59,752 bases of DNA, taken from Octopus bimaculoides (Eukaryota). A program made the position numbers and the translations under genes. This document shows, piece by piece, positions 34,927 to 46,098 of this stretch; position 1 is the stretch's first letter; every line of letters begins with the position of its first letter. Under the pieces are notes generated by a model. It worked only from the letters and a program-made list of their open reading frames with translations, was not told the origin of the DNA and made no database searches. The stretch covers positions 125,764,392-125,824,143 of the forward strand of contig NC_068984.1 in NCBI RefSeq assembly GCF_001194135.2, read 5' to 3'.

Positions 34927-37071
34927 TTATATATATATATATATATATATANNNNNNNNNNNNNNNNNNNNNNNNNNNNNNNNNNNNNNNNNNNNNNNNN
35001 NNNNNNNNNNNNNNNNNNNNNNNNNNNNNNNNNNNNNNNNNNNNNNNNNNNNNNNNNNNNNNNNNNNNNNNNNNNNNNNNNNNNNNNNNNNNNNNNNNNN
35101 NNNNNNNNNNNNNNNNNNNNNNNNNNNNNNNNNNNNNNNNNNNNNNNNNNNNNNNNNNNNNNNNNNNNNNNNNNNNNNNNNNNNNNNNNNNNNNNNNNNN
35201 NNNNNNNNNNNNNNNNNNNNNNNNNNNNNNNNNNNNNNNNNNNNNNNNNNNNNNNNNNNNNNNNNNNNNNNNNNNNNNNNNNNNNNNNNNNNNNNNNNNN
35301 NNNNNNNNNNNNNNNNNNNNNNNNNNNNNNNNNNNNNNNNNNNNNNNNNNNNNNNNNNNNNNNNNNNNNNNNNNNNNNNNNNNNNNNNNNNNNNNNNNNN
35401 NNNNNNNNNNCCCCCCCCCATTGAATTATTTTACCATTCCAACCCATGCCCACTCTTCTTCATTCCTCTTCCATTAAAACACTTCTTTCCCACTTCTACT
35501 TATTCGTGTTTTCGTTTTCTTCCGCCATTTTTTTTTACCTTTCTTTGCTTTCTTTTTTCTTCTCATTCTTCCTTTTCTTTCCTTTCTTTTCATTCTATTT
35601 TTTCTATTTCCTTTTTATTTATTTTGTTTTGTTCCCCCACCCCCTTTATCTCACTTTATCATACCTTCCGAGAAGAATTCTATATATAGATTGTGTAAAT
35701 TCCGTCCTTTCTTTAATCGTAACTGTCCTGAAGACACTCTGCGCCCACAGGCGAAACTAAGACAAGAGGCTGGCTCGAACAGGATAAAAATATTAATCTC
35801 TGCTATCGTATCACCTACCCTTTTTTCTCTACAGTGAAAACTAAATGTACATGTGTGTGTGTATGAGTGTGTATGTGTGTGTGTGTGTCTGTGTGTGTGT
35901 GTGTGTGTGTATGTATGTGTGTGAATGTGTGTGTGTGTGTGTATGTGTGTGTGTATGTGCGTATGTATAGGTATGTATGAATGGAAATAAATACTGCTAT
36001 TGATGTAGAAATAGGTACAATATATATATATNNNNNNNNNNNNNNNNNNNNNNNNNNNNNNNNNNNNNNNNNNNNNNNNNNNNNNNNNNNNNNNNNNNNN
36101 NNNNNNNNNNNNNNNNNNNNNNNNNNNNNNNNNNNNNNNNNNNNNNNNNNNNNNNNNNNNNNNNNNNNNNNNNNNNNNNNNNNNNNNNNNNNNNNNNNNN
36201 NNNNNNNNNNNNNNNNNNNNNNNNNNNNNNNNNNNNNNNNNNNNNNNNNNNNNNNNNNNNNNNNNNNNNNNNNNNNNNNNNNNNNNNNNNNNNNNNNNNN
36301 NNNNNNNNNNNNNNNNNNNNNNNNNNNNNNNNNNNNNNNNNNNNNNNNNNNNNNNNNNNNNNNNNNNNNNNNNNNNNNNNNNNNNNNNNNNNNNNNNNNN
36401 NNNNNNNNNNNNNNNNNNNNNNNNNNNNNNNNNNNNNNNNNNNNNNNNNNNNNNNNNNNNNNNNNNNNNNNNNNNNNNNNNNNNNNNNNNNNNNNNNNNN
36501 NNNNNNNNNNNNNNNNNNNNNNNNNNNNNNNNNNNNNNNNNNNNNNNNNNNNNNNNNNNNNNNNNNNNNNNNNNNNNNNNNNNNNNNNNNNNNNNNNNNN
36601 NNNNNNNNNNNNNNNNNNNNNNNNNNNNNNNNNNNNNNNNNNNNNNNNNNNNNNNNNNNNNNNNNNNNNNNNNNNNNNNNNNNNNNNNNNNNNNNNNNNN
36701 NNNNNNNNNNNNNNNNNNNNNNNNNNNNNNNNNNNNNNNNNNNNNNNNNNNNNNNNNNNNNNNNNNNNNNNNNNNNNNNNNNNNNNNNNNNNNNNNNNNN
36801 NNNNNNNNNNNNNNNNNNNNNNNNNNNNNNNNNNNNNNNNNNNNNNNNNNNNNNNNNNNNNNNNNNNNNNNNNNNNNNNNNNNNNNNNNNNNNNNNNNNN
36901 NNNNNNNNNNNNNNNNNNNNNNNNNNNNNNNNNNNNNNNNNNNNNNNNNNNNNNNNNNATATATATATATATACATATACGTATTTGTTCACGTGAGTTC
37001 TTCATCTTATGCGTGCGTGCGTAACTTGCCGGTGTATAAGGGAACGATCTAATGATCGTCTATTTATCACT

Positions 37072-37085
37072 GTTACCTTAGCAAC
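37072..37085. promoter_or_regulatory. RFX X-box consensus match
   Basis: GTTACC TT AGCAAC fits GTNRCC(N0-3)RGYAAC exactly, in non-repetitive sequence; function unproven. Confidence 0.3.
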
Positions 37086-37499
37086 AGTTATATTATTCGT
37101 GGGTTTGCACGTAGGCGCCGACCTGTATAATGAGTTCATCATACTTGCAGGCAGTGAACGTGTCTCAATTGGACTGCAGAGAAGCATTCAACGTCTCCAT
37201 GGACCCATCAACGTTATTACGTGTGTATAGTCTTTCCATGCTACTACATACATGATTTATTTAATGCATGTGTTCTTTGTTTACCTCGTGTGGCTGGTGG
37301 CTCTGATGCATGCAAGTTTGATAAGAGAAGAAAAAAAGCGTTAGACAGATACGGATAGATAGGTATTTAGATTAGTAGATAGCTGAGAGAGAGAGAGAGG
37401 CATGTGATTATGTATTCACAGTTACAGGAGACTAAAGATGATGTCAAGCAACACTTGTCACAGGTATGTGTGTTTGTGTGTATGTATAGAGAGAGGGGG

Positions 37500-37553
37500 A
37501 GAGAGAGAGAGAAATGAACAGATAGTTAGACAGACAGACAGATTGATAGACAG

Positions 37554-37608
<55 letters not shown>

Positions 37609-37716
37609 TAGACAGACAGACAGACTGACAAACAGACACACTGACAAACAGACAGACGGACAGACAGAGAGGTAGAGAGACATACAGAAAACAGACAGAC
37701 AGACAGACAGACAGAC

Positions 37717-37754
<38 letters not shown>

Positions 37755-37831
37755 TTAGACAAACAGTCAGACAGACAGACAGGCAGACAGACTGACTGAC
37801 TGACAGATAGATAGATAGATAGATAGATAGA
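37500..37831. repeat. (GA)n/(GACA)n/(GATA)n compound microsatellite
   Basis: Direct reading. Confidence 0.98.
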
Positions 37832-37925
37832 TTACTCTTTTACTGGTTTTAGTCTATGGTCTGCGGTGATGCTACTGCACCACCTTATAGAGGTTAATCG
37901 ATCATAGCGACCCTAGTAATTATTT
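37832..37925 (-). mobile_element. SINE-C tail end, diverged
   Basis: tactcttttactggttttagtc...ctgcggtgatgctactgcaccacc. Confidence 0.65.
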
Positions 37926-37926
37926 T

Positions 37927-38110
37927 GAACAGTTCTATATTTAAGAGATGAGGAATTATGTACATAATTTACATTATTTACATTCAACGGATATTTGTCC
38001 TCATCTTATTTGTTGTTAACATAACGTTTCGGCTGATATACCCTCCAGCCTTCATCAGGTGTCTTGGGGAAATTTCGAACCTGGGTTCTCATTCCTAAGG
38101 TATTTTTCGG

Positions 38111-38160
<50 letters not shown>

Positions 38161-38229
38161 TCACTGACTGGAAGTGAACTCGGAATCTTGGGGTTAGTAG
38201 ACCGCGTTCTTAACCACTTCGCCATATGC
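37927..38229 (-). mobile_element. SINE-E: tRNA-like head + (AAT)n + PLE-type tail carrying a hammerhead motif
   Basis: A-box TGGCGAAGTGG (38224-38214), B-box-like GAGTTCACTTCC (38181-38170), (AAT)n 38155-38113, hammerhead 38063-38018. Confidence 0.75.
38018..38063 (-). ncRNA. Minimal type I hammerhead ribozyme motif (one helix I mismatch)
   Basis: GACAC CTGATGA A GGCTG GAGGGTATAT CAGCC GAAAC GTT ATGTT: core CUGAUGA and GAAA, 5-bp helix II, palindromic ACGU helix III. Confidence 0.7.
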
Positions 38230-38535
38230 AGTGACCAGAACNNNNNNNNNNNNNNNNNNNNNNNNNNNNNNNNNNNNNNNNNNNNNNNNNNNNNNNNNNN
38301 NNNNNNNNNNNNNNNNNNNNNNNNNNNNNNNNNNNNNNNNNNNNNNNNNNNNNNNNNNNNNNNNNNNNNNNNNNNNNNNNNNNNNNNNNTTTTGAAAAAT
38401 TTCCTATTTTTACAAATTCCTTCACAAGACAGCCTCGAGATATATACGAAGACGCTCGCCCGATAGCCATGCAGTGGAACTGAAAACCGAAACCATATTG
38501 TTGCAAAGCCCATTGGAAAAACAACTCCTTAAAAG

Positions 38536-38876
38536 CAGTAGTTCTCAACCATTTTTTATCCCTATGTTACTGTGATGGAGCCTCGTAGCTACAATGCTTA
38601 AAAGAAAAACTTATATTTTTCTATTGTATTAAATATAGACGTTTTCGATCTAGTTTGGATTCTTTGCCATCAAATTTGATTGCAAAGAATTCAAATTTGA
38701 TGGCAAAGAATCCAAACTAGATCGAAAACATCTATATTAATAGGAATCGTATAAAAAAAAATGTTAAAGCATTTCGTGTATTGTAGAAGCATGACTAATT
38801 TATTACACATAAATTTTAACAACAAAATAGTTTATGGAACCCCAAGGGTCATATATATCCCGATTGTGAACCAATG
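38536..38876. mobile_element. hAT (Charlie-like) MITE, degenerate
   Basis: cagtagttctcaacc ... gattgtgaaccaatg approximate CAGTGGTTCTCAACC/GGTTGAGAACCACTG termini; TSD not convincing. Confidence 0.55.
38632..38738. repeat. Near-perfect long palindrome (48-bp arms)
   Basis: aatatagacgttttcgatctagtttggattctttgccatcaaatttga / tcaaatttgatggcaaagaatccaaactagatcgaaaacatctatatt. Confidence 0.95.
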
Positions 38877-38942
38877 CGTTAGAGTGTCGGACAAAACGCC
38901 TTGGTGGACCTTACCTTTCATTCTTTCGGCGATCGAGAATAT

Positions 38943-39328
38943 TGTTGTTGTTGTTGTTGTTGGCACTCCGTCGCTTACGACGTCGAGGGTTCCAGTTAAT
39001 CCGGTCAACGGAACAGCCTGCTCGTGAAATTAACGTGCAAGTGGCTGAGCACTCCACAGACACGTGTACCCTTAACGTAATTCTCGGAGATATTCAGTGT
39101 GACAAGGCTGACCCTTTGAATTACAGGCACAACAGAAACAGGAAGTAAGAGTGAGAGAAAGTTGTGGGGAAAGAGTACAGTAGGGTTCGCCACCATCCTC
39201 TGCCGGAGCCTCGTGGAGCTTTAGGTGTTTTCGCTCAATAAACACTCACAACGCCCGGTCTGGGAATCGAAACGGCGATCCTATGACCGCGAGTCCGCTG
39301 ACCTAACCACTGGGCCATTGCGCCTCCA
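38943..39328 (-). mobile_element. SINE-B1 full-length with (CAA)n tail and TSD, inserted into a SINE-A remnant
   Basis: TSD gatcgagaatat (38931-38942) / gaccgagaatat (39329-39340). Confidence 0.95.
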
Positions 39329-40124
39329 GACCGAGAATATAAGTTTCTGTGAAATAAGAACTATGCACGTTATATCTGTTCTCTTTAACTAAAATGTCCG
39401 CTGTTCTATGTTTAAGACGCCAGCATTTACATCCATTGACAAAGGTAATGTGAAGTACCATCTTGTCCACGTGAGATGACGTCAGATGAAAGTGCTGTGA
39501 TGTGTATTTTTGGAGTATTTGATTGAAATGTGTTTGATGTGCATATTAAGTAGCTGAGTTTGTTGCGTATACTTGTATAATGCACGTATTTAATGTGTGT
39601 ATAAATGACGTGTGTGTCTGGGTGTGTATATATGTACGTGTGAATGTGTTTGTGCGTGTGTATATTCTTGTTGTGGTTGTGTATTTTTGCAGTGTGTTTA
39701 CTGCGTTTGCATTGTTGTCATTGTGATAGATGTTGTTATTGTTGTTACCGTTCTTGTCGATGTCTAGCTTCAGATACGCAGTGATTGAGCGGACCGATGA
39801 TCAAAGGTAGCATTCCAGTTCTAGCCATCTTGCCTTTTCAAGTATCTATGACTACAATGTCTTATCTGTTTTCCATTTTTAAGATTGTAGAGTGTGATTC
39901 CAGACAAATTTGACTGCTATGTCTTGCAGTTAGAGCAACCATGAATATCTCGGCGCATATTCACTATGTGCCCTAAGTAGGCGTAATCTTTTACCTCCTC
40001 AATTTCTTCGCTTCGCATTCCTATTCGGCCTTGTGCTACGTCTTTGTTCGGTTTTCGTGTGTTTCATTTTAAGACCTACTGCTAAGTTCTGGGTGTTCAT
40101 ATCGGTCAGTATACTCTATAAGCT

Positions 40125-40275
40125 GAAGGCGGCGAGCTGGCAGAAACGTTCGTCTGTCTTTATGTTCTGAGTTCAAATTCCACCGAGGTCGACTTTGCCT
40201 TTCATCCTTTCGGGGTCGATAAATTAAGTACTAATTACGCACTGGGATCTATGTAATCGACTTAATCCCTTTGTC
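40125..40275 (+). mobile_element. SINE-A with an internal deletion
   Basis: gaaggcggcgagctggcagaaacgtt|cgtctgtc...gtcgactttgcctttcatcctttcggggtcgataaattaag. Confidence 0.9.
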
Positions 40276-40589
40276 TGTATATATATATATATATATATTA
40301 TACAAATAATATGTGAGTATATGCATATATACATACATGTATGTACATACCTACAATTACATGTATATATAGATACATATCTAGGTACAGGATGTCACAA
40401 AAAAAAAACGTGGACAAAATGAGAAACAACATAAACAGAGCACAGAAAACAAACAGGCCACAAAGAGAACATTTCCTTCATCAGCAGCCACCATTCTAAA
40501 ACTAAGCGTTTCGAAGTGTGTATGTATATATATGTGTGTGTGTGTGTATATATATATATATACACACATATATAAATTAAATATAGATG

Positions 40590-40627
<38 letters not shown>

Positions 40628-40643
40628 CGTATATATATATATG

Positions 40644-40674
<31 letters not shown>

Positions 40675-40930
40675 ANNNNNNNNNNNNNNNNNNNNNNNNN
40701 NNNNNNNNNNNNNNNNNNNNNNNNNNNNNNNNNNNNNNNNNNNNNNNNNNNNNNNNNNNNNNNNNNNNNNNNNNNNNNNNNNNNNNNNNNNNNNNNNNNN
40801 NNNNNNNNNNNNNNNNNNNNNNNNNNNNNNNNNNNNNNNNNNNNNNNNNNNNNNNNNNNNNNNNNNNNNNNNNNNNNNNNNNNNNNNNNNNNNNNNNNNN
40901 NNNNNNNNNNNNNNNNNNNNNNNNNNNNNN

Positions 40931-41012
40931 ACTACTACTACTACTACCACCACCACCACCACCACTACTACTACTACTACTACCACCACCACCACCACCA
41001 CCACTACCACCA

Positions 41013-41058
<46 letters not shown>

Positions 41059-41153
41059 AAATGCTGCTGTTGGCTGATGGTGGTGGCGCTGGTGGTGATG
41101 TTGGTGGTGACGACGCCGACGATGACGATGATGACGATGATGACGGTAATGAC

Positions 41154-41192
<39 letters not shown>

Positions 41193-41319
41193 AACGATGT
41201 CAACGCCAACGACCTCGACAGAGATGATGACGATGATGATGATGACGACGACGACGACGACGATGACAACGAGGGTGGTGGAATGACTGTTGTGGTAGTG
41301 GCGCAGGTGGTGGTGGTGG
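40931..41319. repeat. Mixed trinucleotide low-complexity tract (CTA/CAC/GAT/GAC/GGT)
   Basis: Direct reading; between two gaps. Confidence 0.97.
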
Positions 41320-42207
41320 NNNNNNNNNNNNNNNNNNNNNNNNNNNNNNNNNNNNNNNNNNNNNNNNNNNNNNNNNNNNNNNNNNNNNNNNNNNNNNNNN
41401 NNNNNNNNNNNNNNNNNNNNNNNNNNNNNNNNNNNNNNNNNNNNNNNNNNNNNNNNNNNNNNNNNNNNNNNNNNNNNNNNNNNNNNNNNNNNNNNNNNNN
41501 NNNNNNNNNNNNNNNNNNNNNNNNNNNNNNNNNNNNNNNNNNNNNNNNNNNNNNNNNNNNNNNNNNNNNNNNNNNNNNNNNNNNNNNNNNNNNNNNNNNN
41601 NNNNNNNNNNNNNNNNNNNNNNNNNNNNNNNNNNNNNNNNNNNNNNNNNNNNNNNNNNNNNNNNNNNNNNNNNNNNNNNNNNNNNNNNNNNNNNNNNNNN
41701 NNNNNNNNNNNNNNNNNNNNNNNNNNNNNNNNNNNNNNNNNNNNNNNNNNNNNNNNNNNNNNNNNNNNNNNNNNNNNNNNNNNNNNNNNNNNNNNNNNNN
41801 NNNNNNNNNNNNNNNNNNNNNNNNNNNNNNNNNNNNNNNNNNNNNNNNNNNNNNNNNNNNNNNNNNNNNNNNNNNNNNNNNNNNNNNNNNNNNNNNNNNN
41901 NNNNNNNNNNNNNNNNNNNNNNNNNNNNNNNNNNNNNNNNNNNNNNNNNNNNNNNNNNNNNNNNNNNNNNNNNNNNNNNNNNNNNNNNNNNNNNNNNNNN
42001 NNNNNNNNNNNNNNNNNNNNNNNNNNNNNNNNNNNNNNNNNNNNNNNNNNNNNNNNNNNNNNNNNNNNNNNNNNNNNNNNNNNNNNNNNNNNNNNNNNNN
42101 NNNNNNNNNNNNNNNNNNNNNNNNNNNNNNNNNNNNNNNNNNNNNNNNNNNNNNNNNNNNNNNNNNNNNNNNNNNNNNNNNNNNNNNNNNNNATTTGAGA
42201 GGTTTGT

Positions 42208-42935
42208 AAGGTGGTGGGCTGGCAGAATTGTTAGCACGCTGCGCAAAATGCTTAGCGTTATTTCGTCCGTCTTTCTATTTTGAGTTCAAATTCTGCTAAG
42301 GCGGACTTTGCCTTTCATCTTTTCGAGATCGATAAAATAAATACCAGTTGAGCACTGGTATTTATCGTCGATGTAACCGTCTTAATCCTTCCTCCGAAAC
42401 AACTAGTCTTGTGCCAAAATTTTAAACCGATATTGAGATGGTTGTATGCCAGGCAAAATGCATAGCGGTATTTCGCTCGTCTTTACGTTCTGAGTTCAAA
42501 TTCCGCCGAAGTCGACTTTGCGTTTCATCCTTTTGAGGTCGATAAGATAAGTTCCATTTAAGTACTGGAGTTGATGCAATCGTTTTAACTTCTGGCCTTG
42601 TGCCAGCAATTTGAGAGATCTGTAAGACGGTGAAATGGCAGAATCGTTATCACGCCGGGCAAAATGCTTATCGGGATCTCATTGGCTCCTAGCTAGCCCT
42701 GATGTCTGTGCTATATTTCAGAGATATGTAAGGCGGCGAGATGGCAGAGTCGTTAGCTCGCTGGCAAAATGCATAGCGATATTTCGTCTGCCTTTACGTT
42801 CTGACTTCAAATTCCTCCGAGATCGGCTTTGCCTTTCATCCTTTCGGAGTCGATAAAATAAGTACTGAGATCGATGTAATCGACTTACCCACTCTCCCGT
42901 ACTTGCTGGCCTTGTGCAGACATTTGAAACTAATA
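42208..42935 (+). mobile_element. Head-to-tail cluster of four SINE-A copies
   Basis: Copies at about 42208-42430, 42445-42620, 42626-42680 (head only) and 42728-42935, all on +. Confidence 0.9.
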
Positions 42936-43044
42936 TCTGAGAGGCCTGCATAGTCCTGTTATCTGTGTAGTAATTGAGAAATCTAGCTTATTTCCTAACT
43001 TCTAACCACAAACATAGGTCATATTTTAGAGCAAATGATATTCA

Positions 43045-43250
43045 TCTTTCATCCTTCTTTTGCTTTAGTCGTTGGATTGCGGCCATGCTGGAATACCTTT
43101 CTAAAGAGTTTAGTCGAACAAATCGAATCCTTATTTTTTAAACCTTCTACTTGTTCTATCGGTTTCTTCTGCTGAACCTCTAGGTTATGCTGAGGCGTAA
43201 TCAAACCACGACAAACACAAGGATACAAACACATATACAGACAGACATAT
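43045..43250 (-). mobile_element. SINE-C 3' half running into (TA)n and a gap
   Basis: ttttgctttagtcgttggattgcggccatgctgg...tagtcgaacaaatcga. Confidence 0.75.
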
Positions 43251-43521
43251 GTGTGAGTATGTATATACATATATATTTATATTTAAATATATATATATAT
43301 ATATATANNNNNNNNNNNNNNNNNNNNNNNNNNNNNNNNNNNNNNNNNNNNNNNNNNNNNNNNNNNNNNNNNNNNNNNNNNNNNNNNNNNNNNNNNNNNN
43401 NNNNNNNNNNNNNNNNNNNNNNNNNNNNNNNNNNNNNNNNNNNNNNNNNNNNNNNNNNNNNNNNNNNNNNNNNNNNNNNNNNNNNNNNNNNNTATATATA
43501 TGTATATATATGTATATATAT

Positions 43522-43560
43522 ATAATAATAATAATGATAATAATAATAATAATAATGATG

Positions 43561-43633
<73 letters not shown>
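43522..43633. repeat. (AAT)n microsatellite
   Basis: Direct reading. Confidence 0.99.
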
Positions 43634-43634
<1 letters not shown>

Positions 43635-43635
<1 letters not shown>

Positions 43636-43818
43636 CTAGGATGGAGCTTATAAATATTTAATACATCGCTGCGTACGTTTCCACAAATCACATGAGTCCG
43701 TATCCCTGGGATGGGTACAGTATATACCCATCCCAAGGATGAGTACTGATGTTAAGTTCATCTGATTTGTGGAAACGCGCGTAGCGATGTATTAAATATT
43801 TATAAATTCAATCCAAGA
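43635..43818. repeat. ~185-bp hairpin (MITE-like inverted repeat with a nested inner hairpin)
   Basis: Outer arms ttataaatatttaatacatcgct...gtttccacaaatca / tgatttgtggaaac...agcgatgtattaaatatttataa; inner atccctgggatgggta / tacccatcccaaggat. Confidence 0.9.
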
Positions 43819-43974
43819 ATTATTGTTTTTATTATATTTATCCTACATTATTTCGGTATAACCATGATGCAACCCCGCAAAACTAACTCATTAATCAGTT
43901 TCATTAGACTGTATCCGGCATAATGAAATATGAGCTTTATTTGCATACCCTTAACGTTACCATAACTGAATTTA

Positions 43975-44015
<41 letters not shown>

Positions 44016-44019
44016 TATG

Positions 44020-44740
44020 ATGGCTTTCTTTCAGTTTCCGTTCACTCATATGACTTTGGTTGACTCGCGGCGCGGTTTTAGTAGAAAACACATCCCAAGG
44101 TGCTTCACAGTGGAACTGAACCCAGGGCTATACAGTTGAGAATGCCACGCCTGGATCTATATTACCTTCACGACTTATATAATTTTTCTATAGCTTAGTC
44201 AGTGTCAGGCCCTTAAAATTAGTTCAAGCGAGTGAAGAAAGAAGGATTGCACGTGGGTTGTACCGAAAGTAATGCAAAAGTTCGGATAATATGTTTATTA
44301 ATTGACATAGATCGTTCAGGCCCTTCCTCTATCATAACTCTTCTTCCTTCTCCTCTTCACGCCTAGCAAATAATGGGTTTCAAGCAGAAACACGTGTCAC
44401 CAATGAGTACTGGAGAAAAGAAGGGTTTAGTCTGTCTAACTTTCACAGAAGGCAGCGTGTTATTTACGCAAGCGACACCACTCACAAGAACAATATACAT
44501 ATAGCATTTTTGTCGAAATTACATTGACGTAAACAAACCAACACTGGTTGTGAAACGGTGAGACACTATCGCAAAGATGTACACACACACACATGTATAT
44601 CTTACAGGCTTCCACACAGTTTCCGTCTACCAAATTTTCTCACAAGTCACACGGAGCTGTAGTAAAAGACACTTGCCTAAAGTGTCACACAGTGGGACTG
44701 AACCATGCGTTTAGGAAGAGAATTTTTTGACACCACAGCC
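44020..44740 (-). mobile_element. Two diverged SINE-C copies (about 44020-44150 and 44500-44740)
   Basis: ctttcagtttccg...gaactgaaccc and cagtttccgtctaccaaat...gtgggactgaacc motifs. Confidence 0.75.
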
Positions 44741-45171
44741 GTAAATACATAATTAGCGCACATAAAAACAATCAACCTCTGATTTTAATTACTCAGAGAA
44801 ACCATCTGCATGAAAAAACAATAAGTTTGCAAATTAGCATTTCGTAACTATTTCCATGAGTCAGTCTCGACAAAACTGAAATTTGAGATTAGCAACCAAT
44901 TGAACGTTATGTTCTAATATAATTTTCACAGATAAAAATTTGTTAATTTGCTGTAAGTTTAACCACAAAAATTATGTCATTTCGTACACTTATTTACAAA
45001 ATTATTTTATCAGCATATAACTTCGTTTCTAATAGATATTTTTATAGCGATATATAAATGGCAAACGAGTACAATCACTGTAATTCATTTCTGTTTTTCT
45101 GGAAAAACTGATAAACCGGTGTGGGGATCTAAAGTCAAGTGAAGTTACAAACATTATGACGGTAATATTTC

Positions 45172-45700
45172 TGGCGAGCTGGCAGAATCGTTAGCACGCT
45201 GGCGGATTGCTTAACAGCATTTCACATTCTGAGTTCATATTCCACCGAGGTCGACTTTACTTCTCATCCTTTAAAGGCGGTGAGCTGGCAGAAACGTTAG
45301 CATACCGGGCGAAATGCTTAGCGGTATTTCGTCTGCCGTTACGTTCTGAGTTCAAATTCCGCCGAGGTTGACTTTGCTTTTCATCTTTTCAGGGTCGATA
45401 AGTTAAGTACTAGTTACGCACTGGGGTCAATGTAATCGACTTAATCCCTTTCGCTGTCCTTGTTTGTCCCCTCTATGTTTAGCCCCTTGTGGGCAATAAA
45501 GAAATAAGAAACGTTTGCACACTGGGCGAAATACTTAGCGGTATTTCGTCTGTCTTTACGTTCTGAGTTCAACTTCCGCCGAGGTCGACTTTGCCTTTCA
45601 TCCTTTCGGGGTCGATAAATCAAGTACCAGTTGTGTACTGTGGTCGATCTAATTGACTGGCCCCCTCCCCAAAAATTTCGGGCCTTGTGCCTAGAGTAGA
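45172..45700 (+). mobile_element. Head-to-tail cluster of three SINE-A copies carrying tails 1 and 2
   Basis: Copies at about 45172-45270, 45273-45508 (tail 1: tgtccttgtttgtcccctctatgtttagcccc...) and 45509-45700 (tail 2: ggccccctccccaaaaatttcgggccttgtgcctagag). Confidence 0.92.
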
Positions 45701-46098
45701 AAAGAATATTTCCGATTTTCAGTCAGCTGATGGTGTAGTGGGGTGGGGTGGGGGGTCTTCTTTTACTCAAGACATTATTATGAACTAACTTGGAATTTTC
45801 GGGGCCCGCCAGAAAGCACAAATCTATCGTCAACGTTAACGAAGGAATGGCATCGGTCGTGGCCTATTTTGAGGTTCGAAAATGTATCTGAAGATCACAT
45901 TGGCAATGATTTCATAGGATTTCACGTACCAAAAGTGAAAGAAGTTGTTTGTGAACGACTTGCATGCAAAAAGAAAATATCACTGGATGTGCGAGAGCAA
46001 AAATATAACAAACACGCTTAATAAATAAAACCTGACAGAACAGTTGAATATTGAGGAGGGATAGCCGAATTAATACAATATACAGTACTGTATTGACA

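Noticed and set aside
35721-35765. TGTC CTGAAGA ... GAAACTAA GACA
   Set aside because: Helix I pairs but helix II is poor and there is no UH triplet; at best a very decayed motif.
39465-39490. Adjacent CACGTG and TGACGTCA motifs
   Set aside because: Short motifs are expected by chance; no supporting context.
40587-42209. 540-aa ORF with poly-L/P/D tracts
   Set aside because: Made of N-gap and trinucleotide microsatellite; no coding signal.
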